Positions 9,155 through 20,256 of a stretch of DNA of 64,000 bases are shown here, one piece after another. The DNA lies in assembly GCA_963766715.1 (NCBI GenBank), contig CAVYBH010000008.1, positions 192,001-256,000 on the forward strand. The letters run 5' to 3'. The notes beneath the pieces are model-generated. The model searched no databases, was not told where the DNA came from, and saw only the letters and a list, made by a program, of their open reading frames with translations. This DNA is from an uncultured delta proteobacterium (GTDB lineage: Bacteria > Myxococcota > Myxococcia > Myxococcales > Anaeromyxobacteraceae). Positions within the stretch are counted from its first letter, which is position 1. Each line of letters opens with the position of its first letter. A program made the position numbers and the translations under genes.

Positions 9155-11612
9155 CTCGGGTGACGGGCCGGCAGGGCGCGCCGGATGCGCAGCGAGTTGC
9201 CCACCACGAAGGTCGAGCTGGCCGCCATGGCGCCGGCCGCCACGATGGGGTGGAGCAGCCCGGCCATGGCGAGCGGCACCGCCACGACATTGTAGACCAG
9301 CGCCCAGAAGAGGTTCTCCCGGATGATCCGGTAGGTGGTCCGCGAGAGGCGGACCAGCTCCGGGACGAGCCGCAGGTCGTCCCGCACCAGCACCGCCTCG
9401 GCGCTCTCCATCGTCACGTCGGTCCCCCGGGACATGGCGACGCCGACGTCGGCCTGCGTGAGGGCCGGCGCGTCGTTCACGCCGTCGCCGGCCAGGAGCA
9501 CCCGGCGCCCCCCGGCCTGGAGCGCCGCCACCCGCTCGCGCTTTCCGGCCGGCGTCACCTCGGCCATGGCGTCGGCGATGCCGAGCAGGGCCGCGACCGC
9601 GTCGGTGGTCCGGCGGTTGTCGCCGGAGAGGAGCCCGACGCGCAGGCCGAGCTTCTCGAGTTCCTCCACCGCCTCCTTCGCCTCCGGCCGCAGCGCGTCG
9701 GCGACCACCAGCATCGCGAGCAGGCGCCCGTCGCGGGAGAGGAAGGCCACCGTGTCTCCGCGCTCCTCGAAGGCCCGCGCGCGGCCGTCGGCCGGCTCGG
9801 GCACCACCGCGCCGTCCGGAGGCCAGGAAGGCCCGGGTGCCGATCCGGACCGCCGCGCCGTCCACCCGCGCCTCCACGCCGCGCCCCGGGACGGCGGAGA
9901 ACGCCGACACCTCCGGCTCCGGCCCGACGGGGAGGTCCCGCGCCGCCTCGACGATCGCCCTTCCCAGGCTGTGCTCGGAGCGCCGCTCCACCGCCGCCGC
10001 CAGCCGGAGCAGCTCCTCGCCCCCGGGCGCGCCCTCCACCGCCACCACCTCGCGCAGCTCGGGGCGGCCGCGCGTCACCGTGCCGGTCTTGTCGAGGAGG
10101 ACCTCGTCGGCGCCGGCGGCGCGCTCGAAGACGTCGCCGCCCTTCACCAGGAGTCCACGGGCGGTGGCCACCCCCGTGGCGAGCAGCACGGCCAGCGGCG
10201 TGGCGAGCCCCAGCGCGCAGGGGCAGGCGATCACCAGGACCGAGACGCCGATCATGAGCGACTGGGAGGCCGGGGCGCCGCGGGCCAGGTGCCAGGCGGT
10301 CGCGGCGACGGCGAGCACCAGGATGGCGGGCACGAAGACCCCGACCACCCGGTCGGCCACGGCCTGGATGCGCGGGCGCGAGGCCTGGGCCTCCTCGACG
10401 GCCCGGATGATGCCGGCCAGCACGGTGGCGTTCCCGGTGCGCGTGACCTCCAGCTCGAAGGACCCGTGCAGGTTGACGGTGCCGCCGATGGCGGGCGAAC
10501 CGGGCTCCTTGGCCACCGGGCGCGACTCCCCGGTGACGAGCGACTCGTCCACCTCGCTCTGGCCCGCCCGGACCACGCCGTCGGCGGGGACCCGCTCCCC
10601 CGGCACCACCTCGACGCGATCCCCGGGGCGCAGCTCGGCCACCGGGACCCGGCGCACCTCCACGCCGCCCGCCGGGCCCCGCTCGATCCGCCGCGCCTCG
10701 CGCGGCTGGAGCGCGGCCAGCCGGGCCACCGCCTCGGAGGCCCGCCCCTTCGCGGCCGCCTCGACGTAGCGGCCCAGGAGGACGAGCGTCACGATCATGG
10801 CGGCGGTGTCGAAGTAGACCTCGCCCCCGCGGAGCATCTGCCAGGCGCTGTAGGCGAGCGCCGCCCCCGCGCCCAGCGCGATGAGCGCGTCCATGTTGAA
10901 CCGGCCGTGACGCAGGCTCGCCACCGTGTTCCGGAGGAAGGGCGCCCCCGAGTAGAAGTAGACCGGGACCGTCAGGCCGAGCCCGACCCACTCGAGCAGC
11001 CGGCGCGTGCCGGCGTCGATGCCCTGGAAGTAGCCGGCGTAGAGGGCGATCGTGACGACCATGAGCTGCGAGGAGAGGAAGCCGGCCGTGCCGAGCCGGA
11101 CGAGCAGGTCGCGGGTCTCGCGCCGCTGCGCCGCCTGCGCCTCGGTCTCGCCGTAGGGCTTCGGCAGGTAGCCCGCCGAGCGGATGCGTCCGAGCACGCC
11201 CTCCAGGCCGGCCCGGGCCGGGTCCCAGCGGATCCGGGCGCGGTGGGTGGCGTAGTTCACGCGCGCGAAGGTCACGCCGTCCATCCGGGAGAGCAGCCGC
11301 TCGTTCAGCCACACGCAGGAGGCGCAGCGGATGCCCTCCACGTAGAGGTCGATCTCGGCCAGGCCGCCGGCCGCGGGCCGCACCGCGGCGCGGAAGGCCT
11401 CCACCTCCTGCGGACCCTCGGGCCGGGCGGCGAGCCCGCCCTCCTCCCATTTCCGGCCCGTCGTAGAAGGCCCCGAGCCCCTCCTCGCGGATCAGGCGGT
11501 GGATGCCCTGGCAGCCGGTGCAGCAGAAGACCCGCGGGACGCCGTCGACCGTCTCGCGCACGGCCTCCCGGTCCGGGAAGTCGAGCAGGCAGTGGTCACA
11601 GCGAAGGGACAT
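9151..11612 (-). CDS. ccoI: Heavy-metal (Cu) P1B-type ATPase CcoI/FixI (indels near 11450 and 9820)
   Basis: N-terminal CDHC...FCCTGC, HMA CASC, TGES, CPCALGLATP, DKTGT, SEHSLG, GDGVND and YN..AVPLA motifs spread over three frames. Confidence 0.92.
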
Positions 11613-12276
11613 GGACGCGGAGGCCCCGGAGCAGGAAGAGCAGGCCGAGGAGGGCCACCAGCACGCCGCCCATCCGGTAGAGGAGACCGCGGGCCCGCGC
11701 CGTGAGCGCCGCCACCACCGCGCCGGCGAGGAGCAGCGCCGGCAGGGTCCCGGCGCCGAAGGCCAGCGCGAGGAGCATCCCGCGGGCCGGCGATCCGGTC
11801 GCGGCCGAGGCGGCGAAGGCCGAGTAGGAGAGCCCGCAGGGGAGGAAGCCGAGCGCGAGCCCGAGCGGGTAGGCGCGCATCGGCGCCTCGTGCCCGGCCA
11901 GCCTGCGGACCGCGGAGAAGATCTGGGCGCCCACCGTCCCCTCGGCGCGCTTCACCCACAGCGAATGGGAGGCGGCCCCCACCCCCATGGCCAGCATGAG
12001 GGCCCCGGCCAGCACGGCCACCAGGTCCTGGAGGCCGGCCAGTCGTCCGGCCACGTTGACGAAGGACCCGAAGAGCCCCATCAGCGAGCCGATCATGCCG
12101 TAGGTGGTGATGCGCCCCAGGTGGTAGGCGAGCTGCGGGACGAGCGCGCGCCGCGCCGGGATGCCGGGCGGCGCCGAGATGCCGAGCGCCGCCACGAGCG
12201 GGCCGCACATGCCCACGCAGTGTCCGAAGCCGCCCAGGAAGCCGGTGGCGAGCGCGATCGGGAGGGTGGCGTCCAT
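11596..12276 (-). CDS. TauE/SafE-like (DsbD_2) membrane protein of cbb3 assembly loci
   Basis: GFGHCVGMCGP, YHLGRITTY, GFLPCGLSY and FGAGTLPAL motifs. Confidence 0.88.
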   Translation of the reverse strand: MDATLPIALATGFLGGFGHCVGMCGPLVAALGISAPPGIPARRALVPQLAYHLGRITTYGMIGSLMGLFGSFVNVAGRLAGLQDLVAVLAGALMLAMGVGAASHSLWVKRAEGTVGAQIFSAVRRLAGHEAPMRAYPLGLALGFLPCGLSYSAFAASAATGSPARGMLLALAFGAGTLPALLLAGAVVAALTARARGLLYRMGGVLVALLGLLFLLRGLRVHVPSL

Positions 12277-12295
12277 CGGAGACCTGCCCGGCGAG

Positions 12296-13115
12296 CTACT
12301 CCGACGCCTGGAAGGGGAAGCGGGCCCTCGCCTCGCCGCCTCCGGGCAGGTGGGCCACCACCTCGGCCACCCAGTCGCGGCGTCCGCTGGCGCATCGCAG
12401 GAGGACCCCCTCTCCCGCGTACCGTCCCTCGCCCTGCGGGCGGAGCACGATCCGGTTGTCGCCCATGAACATCCCGCTCATGGAGAGCTCGACCACCGCG
12501 TCGGTGACGGCGACCGGCGCGCCGTTGCGGGTCAGCTGCACCGCCGTCGCCAGCGCCTTCAGCGGCAACGGGGGCCGGGGCGTCAGCTCGAGCACGACGC
12601 GCAGGTCGCCCACGCTGGCCGCGCAGGGGCGCGTGCCGGCGTCGCAGTGGATCCCCTCGCCGACGCCGGCCGACACGTGGATCCACTTGCCCAGGGTGAG
12701 CGACTCCGCGCCGAGGCGGATGACCGCGTCGAGGTCCCAGAACCCGGCCTCGGTCATGGGGAGCACGGCGGCGTAGCGGCCGCCGCCCTCGGCGCGGGCC
12801 TGCGCGGAATGGTCGAAGCGGCTCGTGCCGGGACGCGCCACCCGGAAGGTCACCTCGGCACCCTCGAGGGGTGCGCCCGTGCTGCCGGACAGCCGGATCG
12901 CCAGCACCGCCTCGGGGCCGGCGCGGAGCCCGCTCTCGTCGACGACCACGGTCCATCCCAGCCGCTCGGCGCGCTTCCGGTCCTGGTCGTGGTGGATCCC
13001 GGACTCGTAGGGATCGGCGACCACGGTGCGCTCGTAGCTCCGCGTGGCCACCCAGATGGTGGCGACGATCGCGCCCACGACCAGCGGCGGTCACGACGGC
13101 GATGACGACCTTCAC
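12296..13115 (-). CDS. ccoH: FixH/CcoH family protein with YtkA-like domains (indel near 13085)
   Basis: N-terminal TM then TVVADPYESG..D; Ig-like YtkA repeats (GRYAA..GFWD, LSMSGMFMG); position between ccoG and ccoI. Confidence 0.7.
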
Positions 13116-14333
13116 TTGGCCCTCGGCAGGAACATGGGAACCTTGGCCGTCACGGTATCACCGCTCGCCCCGGTCGCGCTCAGGACCGCGTCCACCACGG
13201 GTCCAGGCCCGAGGCCGGACGCCGAGGCCACCAGCGTCACGCGCCGGTGCTCGCCGGGCGCGAGCTCGACCCGCTCCGGGCTCACCGTGGCCTCGCCGCG
13301 GGCCGGCGCGAGCGCGAGGCGCAGCGTCACCGGCGCGTCGCCCCGGTTCTCGAAGGAGACCTCGTAGGCGTTCACCACCCGGCCGTCCGGGCCCAGCCGG
13401 GGCGCGAAGCGCGTCGAGAAGGCGGCGGAGAGATCCAGGCTGGCGCGCCCGGCGTGCACGCCGGCCGCCACCGTCCCGCCCAGCGCCAGGACCGAGGCCG
13501 CGCCCAGCGCGAGCACGGTGGGGCGGAGGAAGCGCGGGCGCCCGCCGGGAGCGCCCCAGAAGTAGTCGACGAGCGTCGGACGGCCGAGCCTCGCCAGGAT
13601 GGGCTCGCAGGCGTCGATGCACTGCGCACAGGCGATGCACTCGGCCTGCAGCCCGTCGCGGATGTCGATCCCGGTGGGGCAGACCCGCACGCAGGCGCCG
13701 CAGTCGATGCACTCCGCGTCACGCCGGTCGTCGTAGGCCACCACCAGCGTGCTCCGGTCGAAGAGCACGCCCTGGAGCTTGGCGTACGGGCAGGTGGTGG
13801 CGCAGAAGCGTCCCCGGACGAAGCCCAGGTCGAGGAAGAGGACCGCGCCCAGCACCACCCAGCTCCAGCCCAGCACCGGCCCGAGGTCGAGGGCGAGCAG
13901 CCGGTGGAGGAACTCGGACGGGCGGGACGAAGTACCAGAGCGTGGCGGCGGAGAAGACGACCGACACGGCGGCCACCGCGAGCCACGCGAGCGCGAGCCG
14001 CAGCGGGCGCCGGCGCTTGCGCGCCCGCTCCTCGGCGAGCGAGGCGGTCAGGTCCCCGAGCACGGTCTGCGGGCAGCTCCAGCCGCACCAGACCCGCCCC
14101 CACACGAAGGTGACGAGGAGGAAGATCGCCCCGGCGGCCAGGATCCCGAGGAGGAGGACGAAGAACTCGTCCATCCACAGCGTCGTGCCGAGCAGGTGGA
14201 GGCGGAGCGTGGGGACGTCGAAGCGGAGCGCGCTCTGGCCCCGGATGGTGACGAAGGGCAGGCCCAGGAAGATCGCGGCCTGCGCGATCCCCGCTCCCCG
14301 GCGCCACGTCCCGATCCGCCTACTCGTCGTCAT
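13112..14333 (-). CDS. ccoG: 4Fe-4S accessory protein CcoG/FixG (indel near 13915)
   Basis: GRVWCGWSCPQT, FCATTCPYAKLQ and CIDCGACVRVCPTGIDIRDGLQAECIACAQCIDAC. Confidence 0.92.
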
Positions 14334-14479
14334 CGAGCATCTTGTACTTCGCTTCCTCGATGCCCTTCTTCCTCTTCCTCGAGAAGTAGAAGACGATCAC
14401 CCAGACGAGCGCGGCGCTGAGGAGCAGGCCGAAGGCCAGGTAGACCCAGTCGTCCCCGGGCAGGCCCTCGCGGCTTCAT
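14320..14479 (-). CDS. ccoQ: cbb3-type oxidase small subunit CcoQ (one indel near 5' end)
   Basis: Not in the ORF track as such; manual translation gives DWVYLAFGLLLSAALVWVIVFYFSRKRKKGIEEAKYKMLDDDE*, a single TM with a basic/acidic tail. Confidence 0.75.
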
Positions 14480-14484
14480 GGCGG

Positions 14485-14793
14485 CTACCGCTTCGCCGGC
14501 TTGCGCCGCGCCGCCGCGATGATGAGGACCACCGCGGCGAGCGTGGCGAGCGCGGTGAAGAGGACGGTCGCGAAGATGTTGCCTCCGCTCTCCCCGGCGA
14601 CCGTCGCGGCGACCTTCGTCGACTCCTCGAAGGCCCTGTCCTGGGACCAGCCGCCCAGGGACGGGGTGTAGGTCCAGGCGTAGTAGATGCCCCAGACGAT
14701 GAGCCCGAAGAACAGGGCCCACCAGCCCAGCGGGATCGTGCTGGCCGTCTCCTTCGCCTCGAGCGCTTCCGGGGTATCGGGCAGTTCGTTCAT
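14485..14793 (-). CDS. cbb3 oxidase CcoP N-terminal (FixP_N) domain protein lacking heme motifs
   Basis: IPLGWWALFFGLIVWGIYYAW..P.LGGWSQ matches the CcoP N-terminal helix; no CxxCH; GAGGA RBS. Confidence 0.75.
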   Translation of the reverse strand: MNELPDTPEALEAKETASTIPLGWWALFFGLIVWGIYYAWTYTPSLGGWSQDRAFEESTKVAATVAGESGGNIFATVLFTALATLAAVVLIIAAARRKPAKR

Positions 14794-14806
14794 GGCCGTC
14801 GTCCTC

Positions 14807-15788
14807 TCAGTGCTTTCCGCCGGCGTCGTGCTCGCGCTGCTCCAGCGCGGGCGACTCGCTGGCCTCGTGCTTCTGCTGGGCCCGGATGAAGCTGACGAGC
14901 TGCCAGATGCCGTCCGGCGGGATCTGCCCGCCGAAGGCGTCCATGCCGCCGTCCGGCGAGCCCGGGCGGCCGATGGCCTTCTTGGCCTCGCTTCCGGCCG
15001 AGATGATGGCGAAGTAGTCGCCGTCCGAGCCGTAGCCCTTCTGTGCGAGGAAGTCACCGCTGGTGAGCGACGGGCCGATGCCGCCGTGCCCCTCGTCGCC
15101 GTGGCAGACCGCGCAGTTGTCGGCGAAGAGCTTGGCGCCCGCGGCCACCGCCTGCGGGGAGTCGCGGAAGGGGTTCACGGCCGCGAGGTCGCAGCCCGCC
15201 GGCGGCCGGCTTCCTCGCCACCGCGTGGCCGAGCTGCTGCGTGTAGGCCACCAGCGCGTCCAGCTCGGTGCGGGTCGAGAGCTCGGCGATCTGCTGCGCC
15301 GTGAAGGGCATGCCCAGCGCCTCCATGTGGGCCTTCACCGTGACCGGGTCGAGCTTGCTGGCCTTCATCCAGCCGTAGGGCGGCATGTTGGAGCGGGGCA
15401 CGATGGCCTGGGGGTTCTCGTAGTGGGCCAGGTGCCAGGAGTCGGGGCGCTTGCCCCCCTCGCGGGCCAGGTCGGGCCCGGTGCGCTTCGAGCCCCAGAG
15501 GAACGGGTGGTCGTAGAAGAACTCCCCGGCCTTCGAGTAGTCGCCGTACCGCATGACCTCGCTGCGCAGCGGCCGCACCGTCTGGGTGTGGCAGTTCATG
15601 CAGCCCTCCCGCTGGTAGATGTCGCGGCCGGCGAGCTGCAGCGGGGTGTAGGGCTTCAGGTTCTCCAGCCTGGGATGCATGTCCGGCCGGAGCATCGGGT
15701 AGGCCATCATCACGATGGACCCGGCCAGCACCGCCGCCGTGACCATCAGGGTGAAGAGGATGGGCTTGCTGTAGATCTTTCCCGCCAT
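14807..15788 (-). CDS. ccoO: cbb3 oxidase subunit II (CcoO) fused to a C-terminal cytochrome c domain (indel near 15190)
   Basis: GRDIYQREGCMNCHTQTVRP and LWGSKRTGPDLAREG; a second heme domain (GAKLFADNCAVCHG..GGIGPSL) continues in the adjacent frame with no own RBS or signal peptide. Confidence 0.9.
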
Positions 15789-15803
15789 GGCTCGTCCTCT
15801 CCC

Positions 15804-17225
15804 CTACGCGGTCGCCGGGGCAGCGGTCCGACCGCTGGCCTCGAGGGCGCGCCCCTTCTGGATGGTCAGGAGCACGTTCACCACGAACACCACCATGCCC
15901 ACGATGAAGATGGTCCCGCCCAGCGTGCGCACGTGCCAGTACGGGTAGTTCTTCACCAGCCCCTCCATGAACGTGTACTTGAGCGTCCCCTCGGGGGTGA
16001 GGGCCTTCCACATGGCGCCCTGCTGGATGCCGGTGATCCAGAGGGTCACCGAGAAGATGAGCTGCCCGACCAGCACCAGCCAGAAGTGCACGTTGGCGAG
16101 CTTCACGCTGTAGACCTCGGTGCCGTAGATCTTGGCGATCACGTAGTAGATCGAGGCCGTCACCGTGAGTGCGACCCATCCCATGGTGCCCATGTGGACG
16201 TGGCCGGGGACCCAGTCGGTGTAGTGGATCAGCTGCGAGACGACGCGCAGGCCCTGGGTGGGCCCCTGGACCGTCTGCAGGCCGTAGAAGGTGATGCCCA
16301 GGATGAAGAACTTGGCGAGGTAGTCGGTCTTCATCCTCGACCAGTCCTCGCCGATGGTGCCGTACCCGTTCACCACCGAGCCCCACGAGGGCGCGATGAG
16401 GAACAGGGTGAAGACGATGCCGAGCGTCTGGATCCAGTCGGGCAGCGGCGTGTAGACGAGGTGGTGCGCGCCGGTCCACAGGTAGCCGAAGACGAGCGAC
16501 CAGAAGGCCACGATCGAGAGCCGGTGGCTGTAGATGGGCAGCCCCGTCGACTTGGGGAGGAAGTAGTAGAACATGGCCAGGATGGGCGTCGTGAAGACGA
16601 AGCCCACCACGTTGTGGCCGTACCACCACTGCACGTTGGCGGAGTTCACGCCGGAGAAGAGGTGGTAGCTCTTCATCGGCCCGGCGATGATCGACAGGTT
16701 GTTGACGATGTAGAGCACCGCCACGCCGACGACGGTGGCGATGATGTACCAGAGCGCGATGTACATCTGCTCCTCGCGCCGCACCAGGATGGTCCCGATC
16801 ACGTTCACCGCGAACATGACCCAGAGGATCACGATGGCGATGTCGAGCGGCCACTCCATCTCGGCGTACTCGTTGGTCTGGGTGTAGCCCATGGCCAGCG
16901 TGACCAGCGCGAGGAAGATCCCCACGTTGAAGAGCCAGAGCTGCACGCGGGCCAGCTTCGGGAAGAGCAGCGGCCGGCGCGTGAGGCGCATGACGATGTA
17001 GTAGGAGAGCCCGAAGATGGCTCCCACCCCGAGGCCGAAGCCCAGGATGTTGGTGTGGACGGTCCGCATCCGCCCGAAGGCCGCCCAGGGGGCGAAGTTC
17101 GCAGCGGGCGCGAACATCTGGATGGAGATGAGGAGCCCGACCACCAGCCCCACCACCGCCCAGACGATGGCGGAGAGGATGTACCCCTCCACCGTCTTGT
17201 AGTCGTACCTGTATTCCTCGTTCAT
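15804..17225 (-). CDS. ccoN: cbb3-type cytochrome c oxidase subunit I
   Basis: FGRMRTVHTN, EYAEMEW, QWWYGHNVVGF, WTGAHHL and HYTDWVPGHVHMG heme-copper ligands; GGAGG RBS. Confidence 0.97.
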   Translation of the reverse strand: MNEEYRYDYKTVEGYILSAIVWAVVGLVVGLLISIQMFAPAANFAPWAAFGRMRTVHTNILGFGLGVGAIFGLSYYIVMRLTRRPLLFPKLARVQLWLFNVGIFLALVTLAMGYTQTNEYAEMEWPLDIAIVILWVMFAVNVIGTILVRREEQMYIALWYIIATVVGVAVLYIVNNLSIIAGPMKSYHLFSGVNSANVQWWYGHNVVGFVFTTPILAMFYYFLPKSTGLPIYSHRLSIVAFWSLVFGYLWTGAHHLVYTPLPDWIQTLGIVFTLFLIAPSWGSVVNGYGTIGEDWSRMKTDYLAKFFILGITFYGLQTVQGPTQGLRVVSQLIHYTDWVPGHVHMGTMGWVALTVTASIYYVIAKIYGTEVYSVKLANVHFWLVLVGQLIFSVTLWITGIQQGAMWKALTPEGTLKYTFMEGLVKNYPYWHVRTLGGTIFIVGMVVFVVNVLLTIQKGRALEASGRTAAPATA

Positions 17226-17317
17226 CGTTCCCTCCGCCTGGAGCGGCGCGCGGCGAGAGAGCCTACAAGAAGCGTTCCGCTCCGGAACGGGCGATCTGGG
17301 GCGGGACAGGAGAGGAC

Positions 17318-17331
17318 CTGATCGCGATCAA
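17318..17331 (-). promoter_or_regulatory. FNR/CRP-family (anaerobox) binding site upstream of ccoN
   Basis: Minus strand reads TTGAT-CGCG-ATCAG, 9/10 match to TTGAT-N4-ATCAA, about 93 bp upstream of the ccoN start. Confidence 0.8.
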
Positions 17332-17366
17332 GGGTAATCACGCAGGGTTTGCGTCATCATGGACTC

Positions 17367-17987
17367 TTGGACGCGATTTTGGCGTTATTCACCCGTGGTG
17401 CGGCACTGGGGTTCTCGGCGGCGGCCTCGCCCGGACCCTTCCAGGCCTACCTGCTCTCGCGGGCGGCCCGGCTCGGGGTCCGCGGCGCGCTGCCGCTCGC
17501 GCTCGCGCCGCTCCTCTCCGACGGGCCGGTGGTGGCCGTCGTGCTGCTCGCCCTCTCCACCGCGCCGGCCTGGCTCCTGCGCGCCCTGGGGATCGGGGGC
17601 GGCGCCTTCCTGCTCTGGATGGCCTGGGGAACCCTGCGCTCCCTCGGCGAGGTTCACGCCGGGTCGACCGAGGCCCCGGAGGGCCGGGGCGGCTCGTTCC
17701 TCCGCGCGGCGCTGGTGAACGCCGCGGGGCCCGGACCCTGGATCTTCTGGAGCACGGTGTGCGGCCCCATCCTGGTCGAGGCCTGGAGGGCCGCGCCGGC
17801 GCGGGGGCTCTCGTTCCTGGCCGGGTTCTACGCGATGCTCGTCGGGGGGAACGCCGCCGTCGTCGTGCTCTCCGGCCTGACCGGCCGCGCCGGTCCCCGG
17901 GCCGCGCGTGCGCTGGGCGCCGCCTCGGGGATCCTGCTCGCGGGGATGGGCGCGGTCCAGCTGTGGCGCGGGCTCAGCGGCCGGTGA
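17367..17987 (+). CDS. LysE family translocator
   Basis: GFSAAASPGP, LLSDGPVV, GGAFLLWMAW and NAAGPGPWIFW; multi-TM; start (TTG at 17349 or 17367) uncertain. Confidence 0.85.
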   Translation: MDAILALFTRGAALGFSAAASPGPFQAYLLSRAARLGVRGALPLALAPLLSDGPVVAVVLLALSTAPAWLLRALGIGGGAFLLWMAWGTLRSLGEVHAGSTEAPEGRGGSFLRAALVNAAGPGPWIFWSTVCGPILVEAWRAAPARGLSFLAGFYAMLVGGNAAVVVLSGLTGRAGPRAARALGAASGILLAGMGAVQLWRGLSGR

Positions 17988-19648
17988 GCTTCTCCGCCGT
18001 GACGAACCTCGGCGCGATGTCCACCGGGATCCCCCGGAGCCTCTCGAGCACGCGGGCGACCTCCGGCCGCACCACGGCCATCCGGTCGAGCAGCGCCTTC
18101 GCGCCGGCCCCGTCGCCCTTCGCCTGGAGGGTCAGGAGCTCCCGGGAGAGCGACTCGACCGCGCCCCGGACCTTGCCGTCCACCACCGAGAAGCGGCCGT
18201 CCTTCCCGACCGCGACCGCTCCCTGATCGAGGAGCCAGTTGAGCTGCAGCGCCACGCCGCGCCCGTGGGCCTCGGTGATGCCGAACCGGATGGAGCGGAA
18301 CGAGGACGCGAGGAACGTGGCGTACATGGTCCGCTCGAGCGTCCTCGGGAGCACGCCGCGATCGACCAGGCGCTGGAGGGCGAAGAGGCCGGCCACGTCG
18401 GCCTTGGCCTCCTCGATGGCGGGGTAGGCGGTGTCGAGCCGCTCCCGGACGGTGGTGCGCCCGCCGTCGTCCTTCCGCAGCTCGTGCGGCCCCACCCCGT
18501 GCACCAGCTCGTGCATGAGGATGTGGGTGAAGAAGGCCTCGAAGGAGACCCGCGACTGGTCGGCGCCGGTGAGCGCGACCTTCGAGATGGGCAGGAGCAC
18601 CTTCTGGAACTTGGCCTCCTGGACGTTCTTCAGCATGACCCGCTTCGAGCCCTTCTCGAGGAGGACCCGCTCGTCGTTGGGCAGGTTGTAGGCGGCGGTC
18701 GTCACCCCGCGGCGCCCGTCCCCGGCGGCGAAGAGCTCGTTCACGATCCGGATGGGCGCCAGCGCGCCGAGCTTGGGGTTGCGGAAGGCGGGGTCCATGG
18801 GGAGGTGGTCCTCGATGTCCTGCAGCTCCGCGGAGAGCTTCGCGACCTTGCGGCTCTCCGCGTCGTCCCGCACGGTCACGAAGGCCTCGAAGGCCGCCTT
18901 GGCGTTGAACCAGCCGTCCTCGTAGGTCTCGTAGGGGCCGAAGGTCGGCTCGACGGCCGCGTCGAGCTCCATCCAGGCCACGTCGCTCGCGTAGTAGTCG
19001 TCGGAGAGGAGCGCCGCGGCCCTCGACTCGAGGAAGCGCCGGAGCGTGGGCTCGGCGGTGGCGGCGGCGGCCTCGCGGAGCCTGGCCGCCGCGAGCCCCA
19101 GCTCGCTCTGGTACTCGACCGAGTAGGGGACGACGGCGAGCCCGGCCGGCGTGCGCCGGATCACCGAGAAGAAGCCGGTGGCGGCGGCTCGCTCCTTCTC
19201 CGGGAAGCGTCGACGTCCAGCGCGCGATCTCCTCCTTGGTGGAGCCCGGCGGGTAGAAGGTCCCGGCCTCCGGCTTCGGCGGCGCGCCCGGGACGAACAC
19301 CCGGTCGTGATCGAGCCGGTCCCAGGGACCCTTGTTGCGGAGGAAGAAGCCGAGGCGGGCGCGGCCGAGCGGCGACGGATCGTCGAGGAGCGAGAGCAGC
19401 ATCGCCTCGGCGCCGGCCCATTCCTGCCGCAGGAAGAGGGCGTCGACCACCTAGCTCGCCTCCACCAGGCGGGCGAGCGCGATCCGCTCGCCCTCCGGGA
19501 GCTTCGAGAGGTCGACGGCGAGGTCGACCGGCGCGTACTGCGCCTCGAGGCGGCGGAGCTCCTCGACGCCGGGCGTCTTCGGGGCCGCCGGGGCGGCGAG
19601 CGTGGAGGAGGCCAGGACGGCGGCGAGGAGGGCGAGCGGAGTGCGCAT
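17974..19648 (-). CDS. Secreted M49 (dipeptidyl-peptidase III-like) zinc peptidase; in-frame TAG at 19451-19453 and indel near 19190
   Basis: Signal peptide; NKGPWDRLD, FGPYETYED, AYNLPNDER, KGSKRVMLKNV, HILMHELVHGVGP and IEEAKAD. Confidence 0.85.
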
Positions 19649-19675
19649 GGCGGGCGATCCTACTAGCATCCCGGG

Positions 19676-20241
19676 ATGCTCGCGCTCCTCCTCGCGACCT
19701 GCCTCGCCACGGCGCCGGCCCCCCTGCCCCGCGTGGCGGTGCGGACCTCGCTCGGCGACGTCGTCCTCGAGATCGACGTGGCGCGCGCCCCGGCCACCGC
19801 CCGGAACTTCCTCCGCTACGTCGACGCCGGGCGCTACCGCGGCGGCGCCTTCCACCGCACCGTGACCACCCGCCCGGACAACCAGCCCACGAACGCCGTG
19901 AAGATCGACGTCGTCCAGGCCGGTCCAGGGTCCGGGAAGGACCTCGCGCCCGTCGCGCTCGAGCGCACCCGGGACACGGTCCTCGTCCCACGTCGACGGG
20001 GCCGTCTCGATGGCCCGGGACGGCCCGGACACCGCCACCTCCGACTTCTTCCTCTGCGTGGGTCCGCAGCCGGAGCTAGACTTCGGGGGACGGCGCAACC
20101 CGGACGGACAGGGGTTCGCGGTGTTCGGCCGCGTGGTGGCGGGCATGGACGTGGTGCGGCGGATCCACGAGTCCCCGGCCAAGGGGCAGGCGCTCGCGCC
20201 GCCCGATCGCCATCCTCGAGGTGGTGCGCCTGCCTCCCTGA
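19676..20241 (+). CDS. Cyclophilin-type peptidyl-prolyl isomerase (indels near 19990 and 20200)
   Basis: APATARNFLRYV, YRGGAFHR, SMARDGPDTATSDFF and GFAVFGRVVAGMDVV. Confidence 0.85.
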
Positions 20242-20256
20242 GCGGAGGCGCGCGCC

